The notes: generated by a model from the letters alone, not told the origin. Shown: positions 49,634-60,228, counted from the stretch's first letter. The stretch: DNA of 64,000 nucleotides from an uncultured Acidobacteriota bacterium (GCA_963772065.1 CAVYVZ010000008.1:51526-115525), one strand, 5' to 3'. A program made the numbers and translations.

Positions 49634-50968
49634 ATGCGGATTTCTGCGGCGGCGCTCGCCCTGGCACTCGCCGGCGGCGCATGCGCAACCTCACATCCTG
49701 ACACTTCAAAGGTTTCACGCGAGATCGAACGCCGCACGGGCGCCGCAATTCGTCCTGCCGGGTCCGAAGAAGCGCTCCCACCGGGCGCCACGATCGACGA
49801 CGGTCTGACGCAGACGGAAGCGGTGGCCATCGCGCTCTGGAACAACGCCGAGTTTCAGGCTAGCCTCACCGAGCTCGGCTTCGCGCGCGCGGACCTCGTG
49901 GAGGCAGGGTTGCTCCGGAATCCGGTGCTGTCGCTGCTGTTCCCTGTCGGACCGAAACAACTCGAGGCCACCCTCAAGTGGCCAATCGAGGCGCTGTGGG
50001 AACGGCCTCGACGCATCGCGGCGGCGGGACTTGCGCTCGACCGGGTTGCGGCGTCGCTCGAAGCGCGCGGCCTCGATCTCGCGGCGGCGGCCAAAACGGC
50101 CTACGCGGAGCTGGCGCTTGCGATCGACCGGCTTGGCCTCAGCGAGGAGGCGGCGGTGCAGCGTGAGCGTTTCGCCGGGCTGACCGACGCGCGCCTCCGC
50201 GCGGGAGACATCAGCGAGCTCGAAGCACGCACCGCGCGAATCGAGGCCGCCCGTGCGCAGCAGGACGCGGCCCGCGCACGGCTCGACGTCTCGGTGCGCT
50301 CGAGTGAGCTCCGCCAACTGCTCGGCCTCGCCCTCGATTCGCGACCGATTCAGCTGGCGGGCGGGCCTTCGCCGGTGGCCAGCTGCGGGACTATCGCGGC
50401 GATGCGGGAGGAAGCGTTCGCGTCGAGGCCAGACGTGCGCGCCGCGGAGATTGCGGTCGAGGAAGGCGGCCGTCGTCTGGGGTGGGAGCGCGCGCGAATC
50501 ATCGCCTTGACCGGGGTGCTCGATGCAAACGGCCAGGGCAGCGAGGGATTCGAGATGGGGCCCGGGATTGAAATCGGCGCTCCGCTGTTCGACCGCAACC
50601 AGGGCGGCCGCGCGCGGGCGGCAGCGGCCCTGGAGCATGCAAGCCGCACGTACGTGGCCACGCGCGAGCGGGTAGCCACCGAGCTTCAGACAGCGGTCTC
50701 ACAGCTCGAGTACGCGCGACAGGCGCAGTCGCTGTGGCGAGACAGCGTGGTGCTGCCGTCGGAACAGCAGGTTCAGGCGGCAGAACGCGCCTACGTCGAA
50801 GGCGATGTGTCGATGCTCTTCGTGCTCGACACCACGCAGCGCCTGACCGATGCGCGGCTGCGGGCGCGAGAGGCGCAGGCCGATGTGGACCGCGCCATGG
50901 CGCGACTCGAGCGAGCCATTGGACGGCGATGCGGTGCTGACGGTAAGGAGATTCGTGCGAATCAGTAG
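49634..50968 (+). CDS. czcC: TolC/CzcC-family outer-membrane efflux lipoprotein
   Basis: Lipobox LAGGAC; two OEP repeats. Precedes the adaptor and RND pump. Confidence 0.8.
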   Translation: MRISAAALALALAGGACATSHPDTSKVSREIERRTGAAIRPAGSEEALPPGATIDDGLTQTEAVAIALWNNAEFQASLTELGFARADLVEAGLLRNPVLSLLFPVGPKQLEATLKWPIEALWERPRRIAAAGLALDRVAASLEARGLDLAAAAKTAYAELALAIDRLGLSEEAAVQRERFAGLTDARLRAGDISELEARTARIEAARAQQDAARARLDVSVRSSELRQLLGLALDSRPIQLAGGPSPVASCGTIAAMREEAFASRPDVRAAEIAVEEGGRRLGWERARIIALTGVLDANGQGSEGFEMGPGIEIGAPLFDRNQGGRARAAAALEHASRTYVATRERVATELQTAVSQLEYARQAQSLWRDSVVLPSEQQVQAAERAYVEGDVSMLFVLDTTQRLTDARLRAREAQADVDRAMARLERAIGRRCGADGKEIRANQ

Positions 50969-50970
50969 TC

Positions 50971-51030
50971 AAACCACGAAAGCCGCGACATGCACGGTAG
51001 CGAGTTCGTGGTTTTCGTGTGTTCCGTGGT
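50971..51030. repeat. word-repeat hairpin element E6 (CACGAA / TTCGTG words)
   Basis: AAACCACGAA (50971-50980) / TTCGTGGTTT (51005-51014), perfect 10-bp IR, plus extra TTCGTG-like words. Same word as E2. Begins 3 nt after the czcC stop. Confidence 0.7.
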
Positions 51031-52196
51031 TGAGCCATCTGCCGCTCGCGATGGGCGCAATGGTGGTCGCCGCAGGCTGCGGCGGCAGCGCCGAACCGGC
51101 CAAGTCGCCCGCGCCGGCAACCGTCTCCGCTCCCGTGAAGGAAGCCGATCTCAGCACCGTCACACTGACGCCTGAGGCCGAGAAGCGGCTCGGCATCGCA
51201 ACCGCCGTCGTCGAGCGCCGACCGATTGCGCGCAATCGCGTCGTGGGCGGAGAAATCACCGCACCATCGGGTGCGCAGCTCGCGATCACTGCTCCTGTCG
51301 CAGGGACCCTGCAGGGTGGCGAGGTGCCGCGTGCCGGAATGGTGGTCTCGCGCGGCCAGACGCTCTTCCACCTGCTCCCGATTCAACCGGCCGAGCGCGA
51401 TGCGCCCGTGGATGCGCAGCAGGCGCTCGACACCGCGCTCGCCAGGCAGGCCGCGGCTTCCGCGAAAGTGCGCCGCGCAGAACAGTTGCTGAAGGACGGC
51501 GCCGGGAGCCGCCGTGCCCTCGAGGAAGCGCAGGCCGAGCTCGCCATCGCTGAAGCCGATGCGAAGGCCGCGCGCGGGAAGGTGGCGCTCGCCTCCCGAA
51601 GCCGAACGACGGCGGGCGGCGTGACCATCGACGCGCCGGAAACCGCCGTCGTGCTCGCCGTGCACGTGACGAGCGGTCAAACCGTGGCCGCGTCTGCTCC
51701 GCTCGTGGACCTGGTGCAGCTCGACACCGCGTGGGTCAAGGTTCCGATCTATGCCGGCGAGCGAGCGGACATCGATCCGAGCGCCCCCGCGCACGTGCTC
51801 GCCCTCAGCGGTCCGATCGATGCCGAGGGTGTGCTCGCCCGCCCAATCGCGGCGCCACCATCCGCAAACGCCGCCGCGGCGGCGGTCGATCTGTACTACG
51901 CCTTCTCCAACCAGGGTCGACGCTTTCGACCCGGCGAGCGCGTCAGCGTCCGCCTGCCGCGACGAGCGGGCGCCGAGGCGCTCGTCGTGCCGAAGGCCGC
52001 GCTGCTGCACGATGCCTACGGCGGCACCTGGGTCTACGTGGCGCGCGCAGCCCACCAGTTCGCACGTCATCGTGTTGCGGTGGTCGACGTGACGGGCGAA
52101 TTCGCCGTTCTCAGCCGCGGCCCGCAACCGGGCGCTCGCGTGGTCACCGAAGGCGCGGCCGAGCTGTTCGGCACCGAGTTCGGGACAGGGAAATGA
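51030..52196 (+). CDS. czcB: RND efflux periplasmic adaptor (CzcB/HlyD family)
   Basis: Lipobox VAAGC; coiled-coil hairpin and beta-barrel domains. Start uncertain (TTG 51030 or ATG 51051). Confidence 0.75.
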   Translation: MSHLPLAMGAMVVAAGCGGSAEPAKSPAPATVSAPVKEADLSTVTLTPEAEKRLGIATAVVERRPIARNRVVGGEITAPSGAQLAITAPVAGTLQGGEVPRAGMVVSRGQTLFHLLPIQPAERDAPVDAQQALDTALARQAAASAKVRRAEQLLKDGAGSRRALEEAQAELAIAEADAKAARGKVALASRSRTTAGGVTIDAPETAVVLAVHVTSGQTVAASAPLVDLVQLDTAWVKVPIYAGERADIDPSAPAHVLALSGPIDAEGVLARPIAAPPSANAAAAAVDLYYAFSNQGRRFRPGERVSVRLPRRAGAEALVVPKAALLHDAYGGTWVYVARAAHQFARHRVAVVDVTGEFAVLSRGPQPGARVVTEGAAELFGTEFGTGK

Positions 52197-52197
52197 G

Positions 52198-52288
52198 CAC
52201 AGGGAGATCAGGGAGGCGGATCTTCACGGGGAAGTTCGAGAGATCAGGGATACCAAGATTCCTCCCTGACCTCCCTGATCTCCCTGTG
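52198..52288. repeat. word-repeat hairpin element E7 (GATCAGGGAGG words)
   Basis: CACAGGGAGATCAGGGAGG (52198-52216) / exact reverse complement (52270-52288), with nested TCAGGGA/TCCCTGA words inside. Starts 2 nt after the czcB stop and ends 15 nt before the czcA ATG. Confidence 0.85.
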
Positions 52289-52302
52289 ACTCCGACTCCC
52301 GT

Positions 52303-55300
52303 ATGATGACGTGGATCGTCGAGACGTCGCTGCGCCTGCGGCTCGTCGTGGTGATGCTTGCGCTCGTCCTGATGGTTGCCGGGACGCGCGCCGCGCGCAC
52401 CACGCCGCTCGATGTCTTCCCCGAGTTCGCGCCCCCGCTCGTCGAGGTCCAGACCGAGGCGCCCGGCCTGTCAACGGCCGAAGTAGAGAGCCTGGTCACC
52501 GTGCCGCTCGAAACGGCGATGAACGGTGTGCCCCGCCTCAAGACCCTTCGCTCCAAATCGGTGCTGGGCCTCTCGTCCGTCGTCATGATCTTCGAAGAAG
52601 GCGCCGACCTCATGGCCGCGCGGCAGCTCGTTCAGGAACGGTTGCTGCGCGTCGCCGCCAGCCTGCCGAACGCCGCGCGCACGCCAGTCATGCTCTCGCC
52701 GCTCTCCTCGTTGAGCCGCGTGCTGAAGGTCGGGATGTCGTCGAAGCGACTCTCGCAGATGGAACTGACCACGCTCGCCAAATGGACCGTGCGTCCGCGG
52801 CTCATGTCGATCCCCGGCGTCGCGAACGTCGCCATCTGGGGGCAGCGCGATCGTCAGCTGCAAGTGCTCGTGGATCCCGACCGGCTGCGCGCGAGCAACG
52901 TCACGCTCACCGACGTCGTCGCCGCCGCGCGCGAGGGCACGGCGGTCGCGGCCGGCGGCTTCCTCGACACGCCCGCCCAGCGCCTTGCCGTGTCGCACGC
53001 GGCCGCCGTGGCAACAGCCGGCGACCTCGAACAGATGGTGATCAGCGCCACGCCCGGCGCGATCCTGCGTATCGGCGACGTGGCCGACGTCGTGGAGGGC
53101 TTCCCCGCTCCGATCGGCGATGGGGTGATCAACGGCGGCCCCGGCCTGCTGCTGATCGTCGAAAAGCAGCCGGACGGGAACACGCTGCAGGTCACCCGTG
53201 ACGTGGAGTCGGCGCTGGACGCGCTCAGGCCGGGACTGAAGGACGTCGACATCGATTCCACGATCTTCCGTCCTGCCACGTTCATCGAGATGTCGCTCGA
53301 GAACCTGAACCAGGCACTGCTCGTCGGCTGCGTCCTCGTGATTCTGGTCCTGGCGGTCTTCCTCTACGACTGGAGGACGGCGCTGATCAGCGCCATCGCG
53401 ATTCCGCTGTCGCTCATCACCGCGGCGCTCATCCTCAAGTATCGCGGCGGGACGCTGGACACGATGGTCATCGCGGGCCTGATCATCGCGCTGGGCGAAG
53501 TCGTGGACGACGCGATCATCGACGTGGAGAACATCGTGCGGCGCCTGCGCCTGAATGCGAGTGAGGGGCATCCGCGTTCGGCGTTTCAGGTCGTCCTCGA
53601 TGCCTCCATCGAGGTCCGAAGCGCGGTCGTCTACGGAAGCATGATCGTCATCCTGGTGTTCCTGCCCGTGTTCCTTCTGCAGGGGCTGGCGGGGTCGTTC
53701 TTCCGCCCGCTCGCGCTTTCCTACGTGCTGGCGATCGTCGCGTCGCTGCTCGTGGCGCTGACCGTGACGCCGGCGCTGTCGTTACTGCTGCTGCCGAAGG
53801 CCACGCAGGCGCGCGAGGCACCGCTCGTCACCTGGCTGAAAGCGCGATACCGGCGGACGCTGCCCGCGCTCATCGAGGCGCCGCGACGCGCGATCGCCGT
53901 AATAGTGGTCGCTCTCATCGCAGCCGCGGCGGCGTTTCCGTTTCTCGGCGAGGAATTCCTTCCGCACTTCAAGGAGTACGACTTCCTGATGCACTGGGTG
54001 GAAAAGCCCGGGACCTCGCTGGACGCGATGCGGCGCATCACGGTGCGCGCGAGCGACGAGCTGCTCGCCATTCCGGGCGTGCGCAACTTCGGCGCGCACA
54101 TCGGGCGCGCGGAGGTCGCCGATGAAGTCGTCGGCCCGAACTTCACCGAGCTGTGGATCAGCCTGGATCCCACGGTCGACTATGAACCAACGGTCGCGAA
54201 GATACAGGCCGTCGTCGATGGGTATCCGGGTCTGTATCGCGACCTGCTGACGTATCTGCGCGAACGGATCAAGGAAGTGCTCACCGGCGCGAGCGCCACG
54301 ATCGTCGTCCGCATCTTCGGACCGAACCTGGATGAACTGAGCAGCAAGGCCGCGGAGGTCGGCAAAGCGCTCGCCGGCGTGCGTGGCGTCGTCGATCTGA
54401 AGGTGCAGCCGCAGACGCTCGTCCCGCAGGTGGAGGTGCGCATGCGTCCCGAGGCGGCGCAGATCGCCGGGGTGACGCCGGCGCGTCTGCGCGAGACGGT
54501 TGCGACGCTCCTCCGCGGCACGAAGGTCGGTGAAATCTACGACGAGCAGAAGATCTTCGACGTGGTGGTGTGGAGCACGCCCGCCGTCCGCGGCGATCTC
54601 TTCGCGATCAAGCGGCTGCCGATCGACACGCCGGGGGGCGGCTACGTGCCGCTGGACGCGATTGCCGACATTGCCCTCGTGCCAACGCCGAACGAAATCA
54701 CCCGCGAAGGCGGGTCACGGCGCGTCGACGTCACGTGCAACGTGCGCGGCCGCGATCTCGGCGCGGTCGCCCGCGACATTCAGGCGGCGCTCGGCACCGT
54801 TCAATTCGATGCCGGCTATCACCCGGAGGTCCTGGGGGAATACGCGGCGCGCGAGGAATCTCAGAACCGCCTGATCGCGCTCGGCTTCCTGTCCCTGCTG
54901 GGCATCCTGCTCATCCTGCACATCGATTTTGGCTCGGTGCGTCTCGTATCCCTCGTGGCGCTCACGCTGCCGTTTGCCTTGATTGGCGGCGTGGCCGCGG
55001 CGTTTCTTTCGGGTGGCGTGCTGTCGCTCGGGTCGCTCGTCGGCTTCGTGACCGTTCTGGGCATCGCCGCCCGCAACGGCATCATGCTCGTGAGCCACTA
55101 CCGGCATCTGCAGGAGGTTGAAGGCGTGCCGTTCGGGCGTGAGCTGGTGCTGCGCGGCGCCGAGGAACGCCTGGCGCCCATCCTGATGACGGCGCTCGTC
55201 ACGGCGCTCGCGCTGGTGCCCATCGTGATTGGCGGCAGCCGCTCGGGTCAGGAGGTCGAACACCCGATGGCCGTCGTCATCGTCGGGGGCCTCTTCACCT

Positions 55301-55383
55301 CGACGGTCCTGAACCTGTTCCTGCTGCCGGCGATATTCCTTCGATATGGCCAGGCTGGCCCGAGCCTAACCGCCGGGTCGTAA
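52303..55383 (+). CDS. czcA: heavy-metal efflux RND transporter, CzcA/CusA family
   Basis: 1026 aa, 12 TM with two large periplasmic loops; HME-RND-like TM4 ([16 protein letters not shown]). Confidence 0.9.
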   Translation: MMTWIVETSLRLRLVVVMLALVLMVAGTRAARTTPLDVFPEFAPPLVEVQTEAPGLSTAEVESLVTVPLETAMNGVPRLKTLRSKSVLGLSSVVMIFEEGADLMAARQLVQERLLRVAASLPNAARTPVMLSPLSSLSRVLKVGMSSKRLSQMELTTLAKWTVRPRLMSIPGVANVAIWGQRDRQLQVLVDPDRLRASNVTLTDVVAAAREGTAVAAGGFLDTPAQRLAVSHAAAVATAGDLEQMVISATPGAILRIGDVADVVEGFPAPIGDGVINGGPGLLLIVEKQPDGNTLQVTRDVESALDALRPGLKDVDIDSTIFRPATFIEMSLENLNQALLVGCVLVILVLAVFLYDWRTALISAIAIPLSLITAALILKYRGGTLDTMVIAGLIIALGEVVDDAIIDVENIVRRLRLNASEGHPRSAFQVVLDASIEVRSAVVYGSMIVILVFLPVFLLQGLAGSFFRPLALSYVLAIVASLLVALTVTPALSLLLLPKATQAREAPLVTWLKARYRRTLPALIEAPRRAIAVIVVALIAAAAAFPFLGEEFLPHFKEYDFLMHWVEKPGTSLDAMRRITVRASDELLAIPGVRNFGAHIGRAEVADEVVGPNFTELWISLDPTVDYEPTVAKIQAVVDGYPGLYRDLLTYLRERIKEVLTGASATIVVRIFGPNLDELSSKAAEVGKALAGVRGVVDLKVQPQTLVPQVEVRMRPEAAQIAGVTPARLRETVATLLRGTKVGEIYDEQKIFDVVVWSTPAVRGDLFAIKRLPIDTPGGGYVPLDAIADIALVPTPNEITREGGSRRVDVTCNVRGRDLGAVARDIQAALGTVQFDAGYHPEVLGEYAAREESQNRLIALGFLSLLGILLILHIDFGSVRLVSLVALTLPFALIGGVAAAFLSGGVLSLGSLVGFVTVLGIAARNGIMLVSHYRHLQEVEGVPFGRELVLRGAEERLAPILMTALVTALALVPIVIGGSRSGQEVEHPMAVVIVGGLFTSTVLNLFLLPAIFLRYGQAGPSLTAGS

Positions 55384-55402
55384 CCCCCGTCAAAATCACC
55401 AG

Positions 55403-55981
55403 ATGCCGGGAAGTGACGCCGCCGCGGTCGCCAGCGCGCGCGGTGGAGACAGCGAGGCGTTCCGCCTGCTCGTCGAGCGCCACAGCCGGGGTGTCTACAA
55501 AGTTGCGTTTCGGATTACCGGGCGGGCCGAAGACGCCGAAGACGTCGTTCAGGAGACGTTCCTCAAGGCGTACCGACAGCTCGACCGATTCGAGGAGCGC
55601 TCCAGCTTCGGGACGTGGCTGCACCGGATCGCGTGGAATTGCGCGGTCGACCTGTTGCGGTCTCGACCCAAGCGAGAGCAAGCCGAGGAGACGGAGAAGT
55701 TGGAACACCTGGGCGCAGCGTCGGGGGGCACGGTGGGGGGCGGCGGCGGCGCGCCGTCGCCCGAGCGGCTGATGGCCAGTGTGCAGGTGGGCGATCGCGT
55801 GAAGGCGGCGATGGCCCGGCTCTCGGCGCTCGAGCGGGCGGCGTTCGTCATGCGGCACTACGAGGGGCGCACGATCGACGAAATCAGCCGCGCGCTCGAC
55901 ATTCGCGAGAACGCGGCGAAGCACAGCATCTTCCGCGCGGTGCGCAAGATGCGCGTGGCGTTGGAACCGTTCGTGTCGTGA
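55403..55981 (+). CDS. ECF RNA polymerase sigma factor
   Basis: Region 2 DVVQETFLKAYRQLDRFEERSSFGTWL, region 4 LSALERAAFVMRHYEGRTIDEISRAL. Confidence 0.85.
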   Translation: MPGSDAAAVASARGGDSEAFRLLVERHSRGVYKVAFRITGRAEDAEDVVQETFLKAYRQLDRFEERSSFGTWLHRIAWNCAVDLLRSRPKREQAEETEKLEHLGAASGGTVGGGGGAPSPERLMASVQVGDRVKAAMARLSALERAAFVMRHYEGRTIDEISRALDIRENAAKHSIFRAVRKMRVALEPFVS

Positions 55982-56047
55982 GGCGATCGCGATTGGAGCC
56001 AAGCCTGATTATCAGGAGGGGCCGGCTGTAGCCGGCCCGAGAGAACG

Positions 56048-56803
56048 ATGCATCTAACAGACGACGACCTCGTCCTTCACTACTACGGCGAGATGACCGA
56101 GGCCGCCGAAGCCAAGGCGTGCGAGCACCTCGATGGGTGCGCGGCATGCCGCGAGAACCTCACACGTCTGCAGCGCGTGATGTCGGCGATCGACGCCACG
56201 CCGGTACCGGAGCCGGACGCGTGGTTCGAGCAGCGTGCGTGGGCGCGCCTGGCACCGGCGCTCGTCGCCACCGACCGCCGCGTCCGGTGGCAGCTCCCCT
56301 GGCGTGCGATCGCGTGGGGCGCCGCCGCGGCGCTCGTGGTGATCGCGGCCTTCATTGCGGGCCAGTTCACGTCACGGCCGTCCGCTCCGATCCAGACCGC
56401 ATCGACGCCGCAGGTCATGCCCGAACGCGTACTGCTCGTCGATCTTGGCGATCACCTGGATCGTACGGAGCTCGCGCTCGTTGAGTTCGTCACCGGCACC
56501 GATGGCCGGCAGAGCGCGGGGAGCCGCGAGCGCGTGCAGGAACTTGTCGCGGCGAACCGGCTGTATCGCCGCACGGCCGTGACGTCCGGCGATACCGCGG
56601 TGGCCGACGTGCTCGACGAGCTGGAGCGCGTGCTGATCGAGATTGCGGGAACCGCACCGACGGCATCGACCACGGATCTGGACGTCGTGCGTCAACGGAT
56701 CGATACGCGCGGGCTGCTGTTCAAAGTGCGCGTCATGCGCGAGCAGCTTCAGGAGCGCGCTAAGGAAACACCACTCGTTAAGGGACAGGAAACAACGCTA
56801 TGA
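56048..56803 (+). CDS. anti-sigma factor (zf-HC2-like, single TM)
   Basis: N-terminal H/C motif CEHLDGCAAC, TM AIAWGAAAALVVIAAFIAG. Immediately downstream of the ECF sigma. Confidence 0.7.
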   Translation: MHLTDDDLVLHYYGEMTEAAEAKACEHLDGCAACRENLTRLQRVMSAIDATPVPEPDAWFEQRAWARLAPALVATDRRVRWQLPWRAIAWGAAAALVVIAAFIAGQFTSRPSAPIQTASTPQVMPERVLLVDLGDHLDRTELALVEFVTGTDGRQSAGSRERVQELVAANRLYRRTAVTSGDTAVADVLDELERVLIEIAGTAPTASTTDLDVVRQRIDTRGLLFKVRVMREQLQERAKETPLVKGQETTL

Positions 56804-58137
56804 AGACATCACGAGTGATCTGGGCGGCCGCGTTCGCGCTCTCGCTGGGAGGGCCCGTGCTGGCTCAGCCCGAGCTCCGAGAGGAGCAGGCGCGGGAGCG
56901 CGAAGCGCAGGACCGCGAGCGGGAGCGGCGCGATCGGGAACGGGAGCAGCGGGATCGCGAACGCGAACAGAAGGATCGCCAACGCGAGCAGGGCGAGCGG
57001 GATCGCGAACGCGTCGAACGCCAGAACGACCTCTACGACGACGGCCAGGAAGCGCTCGATGATGGCGAATGGGACAACGCGGCGCGCTTGTTCGGAGAGT
57101 TCGCCGCGTTGAAGGGGCCCCGAACCGATGCCGGCCTCTACTGGAAGGCCTACGCACAGAACCGCCTCGGGCAGCGCGCCGAGTCGCTGCAGACGCTGGC
57201 GGAGTTGATCAAGGCCTACCCTGCCAGTCGTTATCTCCAGCAGGCGCGGGTGCTCGAAGTCGAAGTACGTCGGGACGCCGGCCAGCCGGTACGCCCCGAG
57301 AGCCAGAGCGATGAAGAGCTGAAGCTGATGGCCATTCAGGGGCTGCAGCACTCGGATCCCGAGCGCGCGATCCCGCTCCTGGAGGGCATCCTGCAGGGCA
57401 CCGGGTCGCCCAAGCTCAAAGGGCGCGCGCTGTTCGTGCTGGCGCAGATGAGCGAGCTGCGGGCGCGCACGGCGCTGGCGAACGTGGCCAAGGGCAACTC
57501 GCTTCCCGATCTCCAGGAGAAGGCGATCCAGTATCTCGGCGTCCACGGCGGGCGCGAAAACCGTGCGCTCCTCTCGGAGATCTATGCGGCCTCGAGCGAC
57601 GTCGGCGTCAAGCGGCGGGTGCTGAGGGCGTTCATGGTCGCCGGTGAAAAGGATCGCGTCATGGCGGCCGCCACCGGCGAGCAGAACGCGGAGCTCCGCG
57701 CCGAGGCGGTGCGACAGCTGGGCGTCATGGGCGCGCACGCCGAGCTCGCACAGCTCTATCAGAAGGAGCCCTCGGTCGACGTCAAGAAACAGATCCTGCA
57801 GGCGATGTTCGTCGGCGGCGACTCGAACCGGCTGATCGAGCTGGCCCGAAATGAGCCGAATGCGGAACTGCGACGGACCGCGGTGCGGAACCTGGGCCTG
57901 ATGGGATCGCAGCGGACCGGCCCGGCGCTCGTCGAGATCTACAGCAAGGAGAGCGACGCCGAGATCAAGCGAGCGGTCATCCAGGCGTTCTTCATCCAGA
58001 ACAACGCCGAGTCCCTCGTGGCGCTGGCGCGCAAGGAGCCGAAGAACTCCGAGCTGCAGCGTGAGATGGTGCAGAAGCTCTCTCTCATGGGGCGAAACAA
58101 AGTGGCCCTCGATTACCTGATGGAGCTGCTGAAGTGA
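56800..58137 (+). CDS. secreted HEAT-repeat protein with Arg/Glu-rich low-complexity N-region
   Basis: Signal peptide; (RERE/DRER) tract; repeated xxVRxxAxxxLG HEAT units. ATGA overlap with the anti-sigma stop. Confidence 0.65.
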   Translation: MKTSRVIWAAAFALSLGGPVLAQPELREEQAREREAQDRERERRDREREQRDREREQKDRQREQGERDRERVERQNDLYDDGQEALDDGEWDNAARLFGEFAALKGPRTDAGLYWKAYAQNRLGQRAESLQTLAELIKAYPASRYLQQARVLEVEVRRDAGQPVRPESQSDEELKLMAIQGLQHSDPERAIPLLEGILQGTGSPKLKGRALFVLAQMSELRARTALANVAKGNSLPDLQEKAIQYLGVHGGRENRALLSEIYAASSDVGVKRRVLRAFMVAGEKDRVMAAATGEQNAELRAEAVRQLGVMGAHAELAQLYQKEPSVDVKKQILQAMFVGGDSNRLIELARNEPNAELRRTAVRNLGLMGSQRTGPALVEIYSKESDAEIKRAVIQAFFIQNNAESLVALARKEPKNSELQREMVQKLSLMGRNKVALDYLMELLK

Positions 58138-58952
58138 AATTGCTCTTTGGCGTCGCATTCATCGCGTGTGCTCTCCCGTGCGCGGCGCAGCCGCTGCTCA
58201 AGAACGCGAAGGTGACCGACCGTGCTGTATCGGGCGCCCTCGACGCAACCGTCCGTTCGATTGCCGAGCAGATCACCGAGCCCGCATGGATCGCCTGGGA
58301 GACTCCGGCCGTGCCCAGGCGGCACGGCGACAACTGGTGCTGGAGCGATGGCGCCCTCGTGCAGTCCAATCGTCTCGAACCGGTCGACACGCTCTTCGTG
58401 TTCATGCGGCTCGAGAACCGCCGCATCGAACGGATCCGCACGTTCGACGACGGATGCCCGATCGACGCCGGGAACCGACCGGTCACGTGGCTCCGCGACG
58501 TGAAGCCGGCAGAGAGCGTGGCGCTGCTGACGGCGATAGCCGCGGGCCAGGCACCGCTCGCTGTTGCGGGCGAAGAGCACCGGGTGTCGAAAGGAGCGCT
58601 CGCCGCGCTGGCTCAGCACGCGGGACCGGAGGCCGTTCGACCGCTCATCCGGCTCGCTCGTCAGTCGCCCGAGCCGAAGCTCCGCGGCGAGGCGCTCTTC
58701 TGGCTGGCACAGCGCGCCGGCGGCGAGGCGAGCGCCGCGATTACCGACGCACTGGCAAACGACCCCGACACCGCCGTCAAGAAACGCGCGGTCTTCGCCT
58801 TGTCGCAGCTGCCGGCGAACGAGGGCGTGCCGAAGCTGATCGAAGTGGCGCGCAGCCATCAGAACCCAGCCGTTCGCAAGCAGGCGATGTTCTGGCTCGG
58901 TCAGTCGAAGGACCCGCGGGCGCTGACATTCTTCGAGGAAGTGCTCAAGTAG
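58134..58952 (+). CDS. secreted HEAT-repeat protein
   Basis: Signal peptide; PKLRGEALFWLAQ, TAVKKRAVFALSQ, PAVRKQAMFWLGQ repeats. GTGA overlap. Confidence 0.65.
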   Translation: MKLLFGVAFIACALPCAAQPLLKNAKVTDRAVSGALDATVRSIAEQITEPAWIAWETPAVPRRHGDNWCWSDGALVQSNRLEPVDTLFVFMRLENRRIERIRTFDDGCPIDAGNRPVTWLRDVKPAESVALLTAIAAGQAPLAVAGEEHRVSKGALAALAQHAGPEAVRPLIRLARQSPEPKLRGEALFWLAQRAGGEASAAITDALANDPDTAVKKRAVFALSQLPANEGVPKLIEVARSHQNPAVRKQAMFWLGQSKDPRALTFFEEVLK

Positions 58953-58995
58953 CGCCGTTTGACCCGTCGTAGCAGCCGTCGGTACTCTGTACGAA

Positions 58996-60039
58996 ATGCT
59001 CAGAGTGCTTTCGGTCATGCTTGTCGTGGTCCTGTCCGCCTGCTCGAAAGAGAACGCGGCATCGGCATCCGCCAACCCGGCATCTACCAACCCCGCGGCG
59101 AAGCAGAGCGCGCAGGCGCCCGCGGCTGGCGTCCAGCCCAAGCCGGTGCCGGCGCAGCTTCCCGACGTCATCGCGCGTGTCAACGGCGAGGCGATCGCCA
59201 AGGGTGACCTGGAGAAGGCAATCAAGAACGTCGAGGGGCGCGCCGGTCAGCCGGTGCCGGCCGCCGAGCGCGACCGCATCTATCGGGGCGTACTGGAACA
59301 GCTCATCGCCTACCGGCTGCTGAAACAGGAAAGCTCCTCGCGCAAGATCGAGGTGCCCGATGCCGAGGTCGATGCCCGCATGGCGCAGATCAAACAGCAG
59401 TTTCCCTCGGAGGACGTGTTCAAGCAGTCGCTCATCCAGCAGAACATGACGTTCGACCAGCTGCGCGAGGATGCGAAGAGCGACATGCGCGTCGCGAAGA
59501 TGCTCCAGGGCGAGGTCAATGTGGGTGTTGGCGTGCAGCCGCAGGACGTGACCGCGTTCTATGAGAAGAACCCGGACAAGTTCAAGCAGGGCGAGCGCGT
59601 ACGAGCGAGCCACATCCTGATCCGCGTCCCGGAGAAGGCGGATCCGAAGACGAAGGAGGAGGCGCGCACGAAAGTCGCAGGCGTCCTGAACGAGGTGAAG
59701 GCGGGCAAGGATTTCGGCGAGCTGGCGAAGAACTACTCCCAGGATCCCGGCAGCGCGGCCAATGGCGGCGATCTGGGCTACTTTGCCCAGGGCCAGATGG
59801 TCGGTCCCTTCGAGCAGGCGGCGTTTGCCCTGAAGCCCGGCGGGATCAGCGACATCGTCGAGACGCCGTTTGGCTTCCACATCATCAAGGTCGCCGACAA
59901 GCAGGCGGCGCGCACGGTGCCGCTCGATGAGGCCAAGCCGCAGATCGAGCAGTTCCTGCAGAATCAGCAGCGCCAGCAGAAAACCGAGGCTTTCATCAAT
60001 TCGCTGAAAGCCAAGGGCAAGGTCGAAATCCTCATTTGA
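58996..60039 (+). CDS. parvulin-type peptidyl-prolyl isomerase lipoprotein (SurA/PrsA-like)
   Basis: Lipobox LSAC; SurA_N-like region. PpiC domain RASHILI...GGDLGYF...PFGFHIIKV. Confidence 0.85.
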   Translation: MLRVLSVMLVVVLSACSKENAASASANPASTNPAAKQSAQAPAAGVQPKPVPAQLPDVIARVNGEAIAKGDLEKAIKNVEGRAGQPVPAAERDRIYRGVLEQLIAYRLLKQESSSRKIEVPDAEVDARMAQIKQQFPSEDVFKQSLIQQNMTFDQLREDAKSDMRVAKMLQGEVNVGVGVQPQDVTAFYEKNPDKFKQGERVRASHILIRVPEKADPKTKEEARTKVAGVLNEVKAGKDFGELAKNYSQDPGSAANGGDLGYFAQGQMVGPFEQAAFALKPGGISDIVETPFGFHIIKVADKQAARTVPLDEAKPQIEQFLQNQQRQQKTEAFINSLKAKGKVEILI

Positions 60040-60228
60040 GTCGTTCACGCTTCTGTGTTCTCTCTGCTCGGTTCGTGTTCAGGTTCGGTTCGGTTCGGTT
60101 CGGTTCGTCGTTCGCATTCATCGTTCGTCGTTCGGAGGCCCGAACCGTGAAGGTTCGAACCCAGAACCCGAACCGAACGATGAAGCTGAAGATGAACCGA
60201 GCAGAGAGAACGCAGAAGCGTGAACGAC
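60040..60228. repeat. ORF-less long hairpin element E8 sharing termini with cassette 2
   Basis: Outer 38 nt of the arms match 37/38 (GTCGTTCACGCTTCTG[T/C]GTTCTCTCTGCTCGGTTC). GGTTC words inside; apical CGAACC-GTGAA-GGTTCG. Begins 1 nt after the ppiC-like stop and contains the GTG start of the next gene. Confidence 0.85.
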
